From Candidatus Bathyarchaeota archaeon (GTDB lineage: Archaea; Thermoproteota; Bathyarchaeia; Bathyarchaeales; Bathycorpusculaceae), in assembly GCA_963715865.1 (NCBI GenBank), contig OY970280.1, positions 800,001 through 864,000 on the forward strand: 64,000 nt of DNA. The letters are read 5' to 3'. Positions 19,848 through 29,237 of this stretch are shown piece by piece. The stretch's first letter is position 1. Every line of letters starts with the position of its first letter. The translations under genes were made by a program, and so were the position numbers. The notes beneath the pieces were generated by a model, which had not been told where the DNA came from, searched no databases, and saw nothing but the letters and a program-made list of their open reading frames with translations.

Positions 19848-20315
19848 TTAGCCTGTTCCTGATATCGTGATTGTGTTGCTGAAGCTCGTAATGCCAGTTA
19901 TGCTAGAAGACACGGTCAACGTTATCGTGGCAGCTACTGACTGTCCAGCTGAGAGTTGCGTCCCTTGCTGATTCCAACTTATGGTTATGTAGGTGCTTGC
20001 TCCTGAAGGGCTCCAGCTGCTTGCGGTCAAGCTTAGAGTCATCGTGCCGGTGCCTGTGTTCTTAACATAGACGGCTTGAGTGGCGGTGCCTCCGGCTGCT
20101 ACGGATCCCCAGTTTATCGAAGTTATGTTGGTAGCGCAGTTGCTGTCGGAGTACACTCCTATGTTTGGGGACGTTGTGATTGTTCCAGAGGAGGAGACGT
20201 TCTGACTGACGTTTATTGCTGCTAATGTTAAGGCTGCCAGCGCGAACGCGGCTACTGTTAAGACGACTACCACTAATTTTGAGGTTTTAGCCATTGCCAT
20301 GAGGTATTTCACCAT
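19848..20315 (-). CDS. Secreted small beta-sandwich protein, TasA/CalY-like (paralog 2)
   Basis: Signal peptide, then VYSDSNC...INWGSVAAGG...AVYVKNTG...SSSITGITSFS. Likely start is ATG 20300, after a GGTGA SD-like motif. Confidence 0.7.
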   Translation of the reverse strand: MVKYLMAMAKTSKLVVVVLTVAAFALAALTLAAINVSQNVSSSGTITTSPNIGVYSDSNCATNITSINWGSVAAGGTATQAVYVKNTGTGTMTLSLTASSWSPSGASTYITISWNQQGTQLSAGQSVAATITLTVSSSITGITSFSNTITISGTG

Positions 20316-20644
20316 TGTTACAAGACGTGTATTAAGACTTAATAAACATTACTTTATAACAGTTCACAGGGTACACCCGTTCATCACAAATACAAATTAA
20401 ATGGCGAGAAAACAAGTTTAATGAGACAAAAGAACTGCTAAAAGCACCTTCTATGTACAACACAACCACAACCACTCTTAACACAAAAAACGCAAAATGC
20501 TGCGAGCCAACACCAATCTTTTGAGTCAATCACGTAAAAATTCTTGTACAGGCGCATATCAGATATAACATTCATCATTCTAAAAGGGTAAGTAACTCAT
20601 CAGCATAACATAATACAGGAATAACCCGACAAAGAGGAAAAAAG

Positions 20645-20980
20645 ATGTTAAAGAAAGAACTCTTGTTCTTTTCTGCGATAATTCTGATGGGCTTCTTAGA
20701 CTGGTTAACAACAGTCACAGGAGTTCTCTTCTTCGGAGCAACAGAAGTCAACCCTCTACTCTTCGGACTAACAAGATCAAGCATGATACTCTTCAGCGCA
20801 GTAAAACTCTCAGCAGTCGTACTCGCAGGCTTCGCATTCTACAAAGCAGCAGCCATAAGCAGACCCACAACTAACGACTGGCACTTCATAAAAAGATTCC
20901 TAGACGGAGGATATTCACTAACCTTTCTCGCCCTCACCGCAGTAGTTGCCAACAACATGATAGCAGTCTTCAGACTGTAA
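20645..20980 (+). CDS. DUF5658-like small membrane protein
   Basis: LDWLTT...G..E.NP motif and three to four TM segments. Confidence 0.7.
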   Translation: MLKKELLFFSAIILMGFLDWLTTVTGVLFFGATEVNPLLFGLTRSSMILFSAVKLSAVVLAGFAFYKAAAISRPTTNDWHFIKRFLDGGYSLTFLALTAVVANNMIAVFRL

Positions 20981-21160
20981 ACACCAACAGAAAAACACCC
21001 ACTGAAAACCGACACCATTAACCTATTGAATCCCAAGGATCTTTTTATTTACGAATCCAACGAAAATACCCAAAAAAAACCAAAAGACAGAACAACCCAC
21101 ATAAAAGAAAAACCCAAAACAACAAAACAGTTAAGTTTTAACACGATTATATGAAGAATC

Positions 21161-22081
21161 ATGAAAAAGGTCCTAGTTACAGGCGGAGCAGGCTTCATCG
21201 GCTCGAATCTAGTTCCGCGCCTCATAGAAAAAGGGCACTCTGTAATTGTACTTGACAATTTGTCGTCTGGGAAACTGGAGAACCTGAGTAGCGTCCGAAA
21301 TAACCCTAATTTTTGCTTTATACAAGGCGACATCCGTGATAAAACAGCGGTGCATGAGGCATTTTGCAGGGTTGATGCAGTTGTGCATTTAGCTGCTTTG
21401 ATCGATGTTTCAGCCTCAGTAATTGATCCTTCAAAGACCCATGAGGTTAACGTTACAGGCACTTTAAATATGCTTCAAGCAGCAGAAAACAAAGTTGATC
21501 GGTTTGTTTTCGCTTCTTCTACAGCCGTGTATGGGAATACTGAAGCCTTGCCCATTAAAGAGACTGAAGTTCTTAGGCCAATTTCTCCTTATGCAGCGTC
21601 AAAAGTTGCAGGCGAAAGCTATTGCAGCGCTTTTACAGGCTGCTACGGCTTAGACGCGGTTGCTTTGAGGTTTTTTAACGTGTATGGACCTAGAAACGAG
21701 AATAGTCCTTACAGCGGGGTTATTACAAAATTTCTCAGAAAAGCTTGCAACAATGAGGTTTTAACTATTGAAGGGGATGGAGAACAAACCAGAGACTTTA
21801 TTCATGTGAGCGATGTTGCTGAGGCGTTAGTGTTAGCTCTAGAGCGTAAACAGTTGCAGGGTGAGGTTTTTAATATCTGTACGGGTGTGCCTACGAGTGT
21901 AAATCAGCTTGTTAATGTTTTAAGGAGTGTTACAGGCAAAAATCTATGCGTAAAACATGACTCGCCTAGGCAAGGCGATATTCGAGAAAGCTTTGGGGAT
22001 CCCGCTAAAGCAATGGATAAACTTGGTTTTAAGTCTAAAATAAGCTTGAAGAAAGGATTAGAGATGTTGCTCAAAACGTAA
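21161..22081 (+). CDS. NAD-dependent epimerase/dehydratase (UDP-glucose 4-epimerase-like extended SDR)
   Basis: TGGAGFIGS, HLAA, ASSTAVYG, YAASK (YxxxK) and RFFNVYGPR motifs. Confidence 0.95.
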   Translation: MKKVLVTGGAGFIGSNLVPRLIEKGHSVIVLDNLSSGKLENLSSVRNNPNFCFIQGDIRDKTAVHEAFCRVDAVVHLAALIDVSASVIDPSKTHEVNVTGTLNMLQAAENKVDRFVFASSTAVYGNTEALPIKETEVLRPISPYAASKVAGESYCSAFTGCYGLDAVALRFFNVYGPRNENSPYSGVITKFLRKACNNEVLTIEGDGEQTRDFIHVSDVAEALVLALERKQLQGEVFNICTGVPTSVNQLVNVLRSVTGKNLCVKHDSPRQGDIRESFGDPAKAMDKLGFKSKISLKKGLEMLLKT

Positions 22082-22474
22082 AGAGAACTTATGCCTTTGT
22101 AAAGCTTTAATTCAAGTTTAGATAGAGGATTTCTAAAAAAACATGTGCCCCATAATCAATATAAGGTCCGTTTGAAAAACAGGCAAAAATAGCTCCAATC
22201 AACAACCCACCCAAAGAGAGATAGCACCTAAAATCAGATTTTGGAAGTACAATTCTAGAATATCATGCCGCTACGCGTTAAGTCGCAGGGTTCAAGCAAA
22301 AAACTAAACCCATCCAATTTCATTCCTCGTGCCGTCATCATTCTCCACCAGAAAAGGAGATGGCGAGCACCTAAACCTAACTCCGCAAACCAAAATCCCG
22401 TTACCAGCTCCGACCACCACACCAACCCCAACCCAGCAAGCACTTCAATCAGCATCTATATTGATAGCAAACGA

Positions 22475-22963
22475 TTAGGTTGCGTGAAGCCAACCGCGCC
22501 CGCCTTTCTTAGGCTGCTGAACCCCCCGTTTCTCAGGAACATAAGAAGCAACACGCTTATCACTCTGAGGTCTGCGACCGGTGATTTCTGTTTTTATGAA
22601 CTTATTCCAGCCTCCCACATGCGCATCTGGCTGAACGAAACGATCAGGGTCTTCAACCAGATGCTGCTCAAGAATCTCTCTAAAATGTAACGCCTTAAAA
22701 TCTCTAGTCGCGTGAATGATGGTGCCCCGTTCCACACGCAAACTAACATAATCATTCACCGAAACTCCCTCAGCCCTCACCTTATCGGCATAGCGCTCAC
22801 TCCATAAAAGCTTCCACTGAACCTTAAGCTCCTCAACCAATTTCTTCTGCTCTTCAACTCTGCCCTCACGGGAACCACCAATAAAAGCCTGAGCTGAATG
22901 GCGTAACCTGTCCAATTTATCCCCTCTTTCTCCACTCACATTTCGCCGAGACCTATTTAACAA
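22475..22963 (-). CDS. Hypothetical protein
   Basis: Charged, plausible composition and a basic C-terminus; true start uncertain and probably downstream of 22963. Confidence 0.55.
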   Translation of the reverse strand: MLNRSRRNVSGERGDKLDRLRHSAQAFIGGSREGRVEEQKKLVEELKVQWKLLWSERYADKVRAEGVSVNDYVSLRVERGTIIHATRDFKALHFREILEQHLVEDPDRFVQPDAHVGGWNKFIKTEITGRRPQSDKRVASYVPEKRGVQQPKKGGRGWLHAT

Positions 22964-23316
22964 TTATTCTAGAACAAGATGATTTTTCTATAATCACTAT
23001 AGAAAAAACAACAGCTTATACAAAAACTATAAACTCAAAAGCCGAGTCAAAACATATCGGCGCGAGTTTAAGTGAATTTCAGGAATTTCAGGAACTACTA
23101 ATGGATTTTGTTAATCGTGATTCCAATAGTGCTACGTAACCAGTTTAGTTCTGACTGGAAAAAAATGGTTTTTGAGCGTTGCCGCCGGTGGAAACCTTTT
23201 ACGATAAAGCAGCAAGAAACCCCACGACCTCAGAGGGTGAAAGCAACCATGTTTGTTTGTGTTCTATAAGCTAGAAAGAAAATGCACACAACAGTTTTTA
23301 GAAATCAAAAATGAAT

Positions 23317-23394
23317 TGGTGGACCGGGCGGGATTTGAACCCGCGGCTTCCGCGTTGCGAACGCGGCGATCATACCAGGCTGATCTACCGGCCC
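23317..23394 (-). tRNA. tRNA-Ala (anticodon CGC), intronless, CCA encoded
   Basis: Reverse complement GGGCCGGTAGATCAGCCTGGTATGATCGCCGCGTTCGCAACGCGGAAGCCGCGGGTTCAAATCCCGCCCGGTCCACCA has a CCGCG/CGCGG anticodon stem, a GTTCAAATC T-loop and the G3:U70 alanine identity pair. Confidence 0.97.
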
Positions 23395-23516
23395 GTTCAG
23401 GCGCTTTTCTGAAAAAATACCATATTTAGCACATTTAGAGCTTTCGGTCAAAAAGAATCTTCTTCAAAAATAGAGTAAGGTTAGTGGTGGATTGAAACTA
23501 GCATGCCAGCAAAAGC

Positions 23517-23693
23517 TTACCCTTCACCATATCCGTGTTCTAGTCTGCCGTGAGTTCTGCGGTAAGAAAACTCGTGTTCTTCTTTGCCGTTGCCAAACTG
23601 GTTTATGTGTTTTTGCAGGTCTGCTTTTGTTAAAAATATGCAAGCGCAGTGAGGGCACTTGTAGTATATGTTGTTGTTTGCTTCTTCCGCCAT
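23517..23693 (-). CDS. 58-aa C2H2-type zinc-finger protein (not in ORF track)
   Basis: MAEEANNNIYYKCPHCACIFLTKADLQKHINQFGNGKEEHEFSYRRTHGRLEHGYGEG*; purine-rich GAAGGGG upstream; same strand, directly after ileS. Confidence 0.75.
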   Translation of the reverse strand: MAEEANNNIYYKCPHCACIFLTKADLQKHINQFGNGKEEHEFSYRRTHGRLEHGYGEG

Positions 23694-23717
23694 TTTTTCC
23701 CCTTCTATTTCATGGTT

Positions 23718-26700
23718 TCAGTGGATGTTAATGTATATTCTTTTGCCATCTAACTCGGATTCGTGCCATTCTGCTTCAACTTCGCTACGACTGCCATGCA
23801 AATACACTTTCCTAGACCGTACCAAACCAGCCATCTCCTCCAAATACGGTTCCAAGAGTGTCATGCTTTCAGCTTCCAATTCGGCAATGTGAACCGACTC
23901 TAAAACATCCGTCGGCACAAAACCCATCTCTTTGCGCAATGCTTGGACACGGCGCGCCAAATCGCGCATTATGCCTTCACCCAACAGAGTTTCGTCCCGT
24001 TGCCCGCTTACGAACACGGTTATGTCGCCTTCTTGGCTGGAAACCCAGTTTTCGCCTCCAACGTACTCTGGAACCTGCGCTGTGTATTCTGCGGCTTTCA
24101 CGTTTGTAAGCTCTAAGAACAGTGGCTCAAGATGCTTTAGGGCTTCAAGTGTTTTTTCTGGCGCAACCACGATTGCTTTGCTAAGTGGCCACCTGCGCTT
24201 CAGCTTTCCCTGTTGCCTTGCAGCATAAGCTATTGAAACAGCCTTAAGCAGAATCTCAAATTGCGCTTCGAGGGTTATGTTGCGGATTTTCTCGTTTGGC
24301 ACAGGCCAAGAAGCGAAATTCACTGATTCGGGCAGTTTCGGTTCAAGTTGCCTGTAAACTTTCTGGTACAATGCCTCACTCAGATAAGGCGTGACTGGAT
24401 TGAAGAGCAACGTTACCGTCTTCAGCGCATGATGCAGCAGTGCATAGATGGTTTGACGTCTCTCAAGAGTTTCAGGCTCGTCAGTCCAAAGTTCCTTTCG
24501 TATCATGGGCACGTACAGCCTGCTTAATGTTTCAATCACGAAATCATCCAAAACTGCAACGGCAGCGTTGAATTCGCATCTTTCAAGCTTATTGGTGTAA
24601 TCTCCGATTTTCTCTTGCAGTTTAGACAAGAGCCACAAGTCAGCTGCCTGAAGCTGATTCGCCTTGAAAACCCAATCTAACGTGTACTTTCTGGGATTAA
24701 ACTCGTCAAAAGTTGCATTTTGCATAAAGAACCTGCTCAAATGATAAAGCGTAGACAAAACTTGGTATGGTCGACGATTTAGTTCCTGCATGTCAAAATT
24801 CATAAAATCAATCGGCGAACATTTGCGCATCATGTAAAAACGGCACAGGTCAGCCGAGTTCTTCTCCAATAGCTTGTTGGTTTCGACCACGTTGCCTAAG
24901 CTTTTGCTCATTTTTCTGCCTTTAGCGTCCTGCGTTAAACCCTGAAACAAAAATGCCTTATATGGCCCTGTCGGTTTTCCAGTTAAAATAACGTATTCAA
25001 GCAGCAGGGAGTTTGCCCAGCCTCGAGTTTGGTCAATACCTTCAGTTAAGAAGTCTGTTGGCACAAACTTCTCAACTTCTTCATCTGAGAAGCGCGCGTA
25101 TGGCGAAGCGCCACTGTTGTGCCAAGTGTCCAGCACGAAATCTTCGCGGCGCATGGTTCCGCTGCATTTTTCGCATTTAAGTGTGATTCGGTCAACCCAT
25201 GGCTTGTGCAACTCGAAGTTTTCTGGAATCGTTTCCAGCGCGTTTTCTATGAGTTCTTTTTTGCTTGCAACTAGACGCTTATTGCCGCATTTTTCGCATG
25301 CCCAAATTGGCAGCGGTGTGCCCCAGATGCGTTCTCGGCTTATGCACCATGGCTTTCCTTCTTTGAGGAAGCTTAGGAAACGGTTTTTTGGTTCTTCAAA
25401 AAAGTACTCAATTTTTTCGGCAGCCTCAAGCACTTTGCTGTTTACCTTGTCTGTTCGTAAAAAGTACTCTTTTCTTGCTAGCCAAACTAGTTTGTGGTGT
25501 GAACGCCAGCAAGTTGGGTACTCATGTTTCACCTTTGCGACTTTAACGAAAGCGTTGCGGTTGCGCAGTTCCTCAACCACCAAGTAATCAGTATCACGAG
25601 CAAAGACACCGACGAATGTGCCCGCGTCTTTGGTGAATTTTACTTCATCATCAAAGGGAGCGAAAATGGGAACTCCTCTCCGCTGAGCTGCCCAAAAATC
25701 GTCTTCGCCGTTTCCAGGCGAAAGATGGACAACGCCTGTGGCGGTGTTAACGTCAACGAAGTCTTCGCCTATAACTTTGTGCACTAAGGGATGTTTGGTT
25801 TCGAGTTCTGCTTGTTTGGGAATTATGTCTTTTAGTGGGTAATCGTATGCTGTTCCTTCCAAACTTTTGCCCAAAATGGATTCGGTGATTTCATATTTTG
25901 TTATTCCGAGTTCCGCCATGACTGGCTCAACGCGTTGCTTCACCATTACCCAGATTTCTTCGCCGACTTTCACTTTCACGTATTCGGCATTTGGCTGAAC
26001 AGCAAGCATAGTGTCTGTTATTATAGTGAAGGGCATCGTTGTCCAAACAAGGAAAAACTCGTTTTTGCTGCCTGCGACTTTGAATTTAAAGTATAATGAG
26101 GGGTCTTCAACTTCTTTGTAGCTGCCTTCGTAACCGACTTCTGCGCTGCTAAGCGAGGTTTGGCAACCTGGGCAATAAGCTACAACGTAATGTCCTTCTT
26201 CGAGGAGGTTTTGTTCCCATGCGCGTTTGAGAATTTGCCACTCGCGCTCAATGTACTCGTCTTTGTATGTCCAGTAAGCTTTCTCTTGGTTGATGAATAC
26301 GCCTAAGTTTGTGTCGGCTTCAAGCCACATCTGGTGGTAGCGCATGATGGCTTTTTTGCACTCTTCAATGAAGCGTTCTTGACCAACACGCTCGACAAGT
26401 TCACGCTTGTTTTTAACGCCAAGGAGCTTCTCAACCTCGAGTTCCACGGGTAAGCCTTGGCAATCCCATCCAGCCCAAAACGGCATGTAGTAGCCTTGCA
26501 TGGTTTTCAATCGGTAACGAATATCCTTCATTACTCGTCCACGAGCATGCCCGATGTGTGGGATTCCGTTTAGTGTTGGTGGACCTTCAACGTAGCCTAA
26601 GATTGCTTTAGCATCCTTTTCGATAAGTTCCAGTTTGTCGCGGATTTGGTTTTTTGTCCAGAATTCGCGGATTTCTTTTTCTAGTTCAAGCGGATTGTAG

Positions 26701-26771
26701 TTTGTTGGTAAGCTTTGGTTTGAGTCGGCTTCTTCGTTTTGGGCAGTCACTTTTTCATTCCCGTACCGCAA
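23718..26771 (-). CDS. ileS: Isoleucine--tRNA ligase
   Basis: EGPPTLNGIPHIGH, GWDCQGLPVE, WTTMPFT, GTGVVH-like TGVVH, WCISR and KMSKS motifs; possible GTG start at 26750. Confidence 0.96.
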   Translation of the reverse strand: MRYGNEKVTAQNEEADSNQSLPTNYNPLELEKEIREFWTKNQIRDKLELIEKDAKAILGYVEGPPTLNGIPHIGHARGRVMKDIRYRLKTMQGYYMPFWAGWDCQGLPVELEVEKLLGVKNKRELVERVGQERFIEECKKAIMRYHQMWLEADTNLGVFINQEKAYWTYKDEYIEREWQILKRAWEQNLLEEGHYVVAYCPGCQTSLSSAEVGYEGSYKEVEDPSLYFKFKVAGSKNEFFLVWTTMPFTIITDTMLAVQPNAEYVKVKVGEEIWVMVKQRVEPVMAELGITKYEITESILGKSLEGTAYDYPLKDIIPKQAELETKHPLVHKVIGEDFVDVNTATGVVHLSPGNGEDDFWAAQRRGVPIFAPFDDEVKFTKDAGTFVGVFARDTDYLVVEELRNRNAFVKVAKVKHEYPTCWRSHHKLVWLARKEYFLRTDKVNSKVLEAAEKIEYFFEEPKNRFLSFLKEGKPWCISRERIWGTPLPIWACEKCGNKRLVASKKELIENALETIPENFELHKPWVDRITLKCEKCSGTMRREDFVLDTWHNSGASPYARFSDEEVEKFVPTDFLTEGIDQTRGWANSLLLEYVILTGKPTGPYKAFLFQGLTQDAKGRKMSKSLGNVVETNKLLEKNSADLCRFYMMRKCSPIDFMNFDMQELNRRPYQVLSTLYHLSRFFMQNATFDEFNPRKYTLDWVFKANQLQAADLWLLSKLQEKIGDYTNKLERCEFNAAVAVLDDFVIETLSRLYVPMIRKELWTDEPETLERRQTIYALLHHALKTVTLLFNPVTPYLSEALYQKVYRQLEPKLPESVNFASWPVPNEKIRNITLEAQFEILLKAVSIAYAARQQGKLKRRWPLSKAIVVAPEKTLEALKHLEPLFLELTNVKAAEYTAQVPEYVGGENWVSSQEGDITVFVSGQRDETLLGEGIMRDLARRVQALRKEMGFVPTDVLESVHIAELEAESMTLLEPYLEEMAGLVRSRKVYLHGSRSEVEAEWHESELDGKRIYINIH

Positions 26772-27161
26772 AATACGCTAAAAGAGTATATAAAAGTATA
26801 AAGTGCCTTTGCGGAAGAGGGCATAGAACCCTAGTGCTCGGTAGAAACTTCCCTCGAGCGCAATTTATACTTTGATGTTCTGCTTGATTCTTGTGGCATG
26901 TGAGTTTTCAGCGGCAGCTGGAAGAGGGGTAGGCGCATTTTGTTTGGGCGTTTGAGTAACAAAATGAGGGGAGGGGGAGGGGTAGGAGGTTTACTTTTGC
27001 CTCTGCCACCTTGATGTGGTCATGAACCTTTTTTTAAGTAAGCTTAGCTTACCAGATCGTTGTGAGGCAGCTTTGCAGTCTGTACTATAGCTGCAACAAG
27101 CCTGGTGGCAATAGTTAAGATTATAGAGCAGTCATTAACCGCTTGAAGACCTAGTTACCGT

Positions 27162-29237
27162 TTACTTCTTTTGGGGCAGACGTATAATGAATTTCGTGCC
27201 CTTGCCTTGTTCACTTTCAAACGATACAGTGCCACCGAGAGCCTCAGTCATGCGTTTAACCACAGCTAAACCGAAACCTTGACCCTTCGGTTTAGTTGTG
27301 AACAACGGCGTGAATAGTTTAGGCTTGATTTCTTCGGGAACGCCAACGCCTGTATCTTGGACTACGATAACCGTGTCACCTGCTTCTTTGTATGCGTGTA
27401 TGACGAGTTTTCCGCCTTCCGGCATGGCTTGAACCGCATTATTCACCAAGTTGCTTAAGATGCGCTTCAACAACTCAGGGTCAGCATCTAATTTCTTCGC
27501 TTGTTTCTCCACTTTGAGGGCGGCATCGATGTTTTCTGGAACGCCATTCTTAAACAGCACCTCTTGACAGAGCCTCTCAAAATCTGTTTCCTGCAAAGTT
27601 GGCTTAATCGGTTTAGCATAGTCCTGCAGGTCTTGGACAATCTTGTTAATGTACTCAACGTTCTTCTCAATGCCCTCAAGGCTTTCTTTCATGCTGTCTT
27701 TCGCCTCACCTTCAGGCATCAAAGCCAAATCAGACTTAACCAAGTACACGTCGCTGGCAATCCCCTGCAAAGGATTGCGAATGTCATGACCCACCATGCC
27801 TGCAGTTGTGCCGATAGCGGCTAAACGCTCAGCGTCTTTGAGTTGCTTGGTTCTCTCTTCAACCGCCTTCTCTAAGTTTTTGGCGTATTCATCGATTTTT
27901 TGCTCGTTTTCTACGCGTTCAACAAAATCTGCTGCTTGACGAACCAACAAATCAAGCAATCGCAAATTAAACTCATCAGGTTTATGTGAGGTTTGATAAT
28001 ATGTAGTGATAACGCCTAAGAATTTGCCAGAACGAGTAAAAAGTGGTGTGGACTGAACAGCCCTAACTCCCGCTTCCAATAGAACTTTCAACGCAGGAGT
28101 ATTGACAAATATGGGACTTTGGGTTACGTCATCAAAAATTACACGCTTTTTACTTCTCATTGCCTCGCCATAGACAGTATGACCGTCAGCATTAATGCAC
28201 TTGAAAAAGTCCAAATAAGACTGTTTAAACCCACGCTGAGAAACAAATCTTAATGTGTTATCCTCATTGAGTAGTTGCATAGTGCCCATGTCAGCATGGG
28301 TGATTTCTATCGCAGAATTAACGATTCCGTCGAGTAATGCTTGCATTTTGTCTTGGCTTACAAAACGCATGCTGATTTCTTGCAGCTTAGATAGCCCTGC
28401 CAACTCTTCTGCTAAGCGATTTTTAGTAGCGGTTAGTTCTTCTTCAGCTTTCTTGCGTTCGGCAATTTCCCCCTCCAAATCGGCTTTAGAAGCAGTCGTC
28501 GTTTTTAAATTCGCTGCCATTTGGTTGAAAGATTTGGATACTTCGCCGATTTCATCTTTTTTATCCGCTTTAATTGAATAGTCGAGATTTCCAGAACCGA
28601 TAACTGCTATTCCAGCTTGCAAATCAGAAATTGACTTCAAAGTGTTACGGTAAGTTATGAGATAATTTGTGATGAAGTAGGCACCAAACAATCCTAACAA
28701 GGCAAAAATGAGTATAATTTCTGTCAAGTTTAGTTGGTCAACTTGATTGCGAATAGCTTGTGATAACTGCTGTGCGTCAAAGGCAAGAGCTTGGTTCTGC
28801 ACCGCCATTCGACTCCAATCAGTCTGAAATGCTGGCAGAACCCTCACACTAACGTTCATAGGCTCATTTTCAAGATACGAAACCACATCAGTCCAGACAC
28901 TGTTTAACTGCTGCGCATCGCCTTTAACATTGTTAAGCAGCATTTGCTGCTCTGGGCTGGAAGGATTTAATTTTGAAAGGTCATTGGAAAGCGAAGAAAA
29001 CGCTGATTGCCACATAGTAAGCTGTGAATTTTCTTGATAAAGGAAGTAATCATTCGAAATATAAGCGAGATTGCTGGCTCTAGTTTGAATGTCTAGTGCA
29101 ATCGCTTCCTGACTGCTCAACTGGGCTGTTTGTTGCTCAGTAATAATTACTGAAGCGGTGATAACGGCAAGTATGATTATGAAGATTGCGATGCTTATGC
29201 GAAACTGATTCTTAATTTTCATCTTTCGTCGCCTCAA
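27162..29237 (-). CDS. Membrane sensor histidine kinase (TM-extracellular domain-TM, HAMP, GAF, HisKA, HATPase)
   Basis: DEIGEVSKSFNQM (HAMP), VGHDIRNPL (H-box), NLVNNAVQA (N), QDTGVG (G1), LFTPLFTTK (F), GFGL (G2). Confidence 0.95.
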   Translation of the reverse strand: MRRRKMKIKNQFRISIAIFIIILAVITASVIITEQQTAQLSSQEAIALDIQTRASNLAYISNDYFLYQENSQLTMWQSAFSSLSNDLSKLNPSSPEQQMLLNNVKGDAQQLNSVWTDVVSYLENEPMNVSVRVLPAFQTDWSRMAVQNQALAFDAQQLSQAIRNQVDQLNLTEIILIFALLGLFGAYFITNYLITYRNTLKSISDLQAGIAVIGSGNLDYSIKADKKDEIGEVSKSFNQMAANLKTTTASKADLEGEIAERKKAEEELTATKNRLAEELAGLSKLQEISMRFVSQDKMQALLDGIVNSAIEITHADMGTMQLLNEDNTLRFVSQRGFKQSYLDFFKCINADGHTVYGEAMRSKKRVIFDDVTQSPIFVNTPALKVLLEAGVRAVQSTPLFTRSGKFLGVITTYYQTSHKPDEFNLRLLDLLVRQAADFVERVENEQKIDEYAKNLEKAVEERTKQLKDAERLAAIGTTAGMVGHDIRNPLQGIASDVYLVKSDLALMPEGEAKDSMKESLEGIEKNVEYINKIVQDLQDYAKPIKPTLQETDFERLCQEVLFKNGVPENIDAALKVEKQAKKLDADPELLKRILSNLVNNAVQAMPEGGKLVIHAYKEAGDTVIVVQDTGVGVPEEIKPKLFTPLFTTKPKGQGFGLAVVKRMTEALGGTVSFESEQGKGTKFIIRLPQKK

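Noticed and set aside
22255-22690. ORFs 22255..22455 and 22265..22690, including a PTTTPTPT-like stretch in another frame
   Set aside because: A low-complexity A/C-rich tract or the antisense of the 22475 gene; not supportable as genes.
23317-23394. tRNA-Ala as attachment site of an integrated element
   Set aside because: I found no duplicate of the tRNA 3' end and no integrase in the window (scan by eye only).
26968-26989. G-rich run gggagggggagggggtaggagg as a G-quadruplex or regulatory element
   Set aside because: Only three long G tracts, and similar purine/pyrimidine-skewed tracts occur in other intergenic regions; no supporting context.
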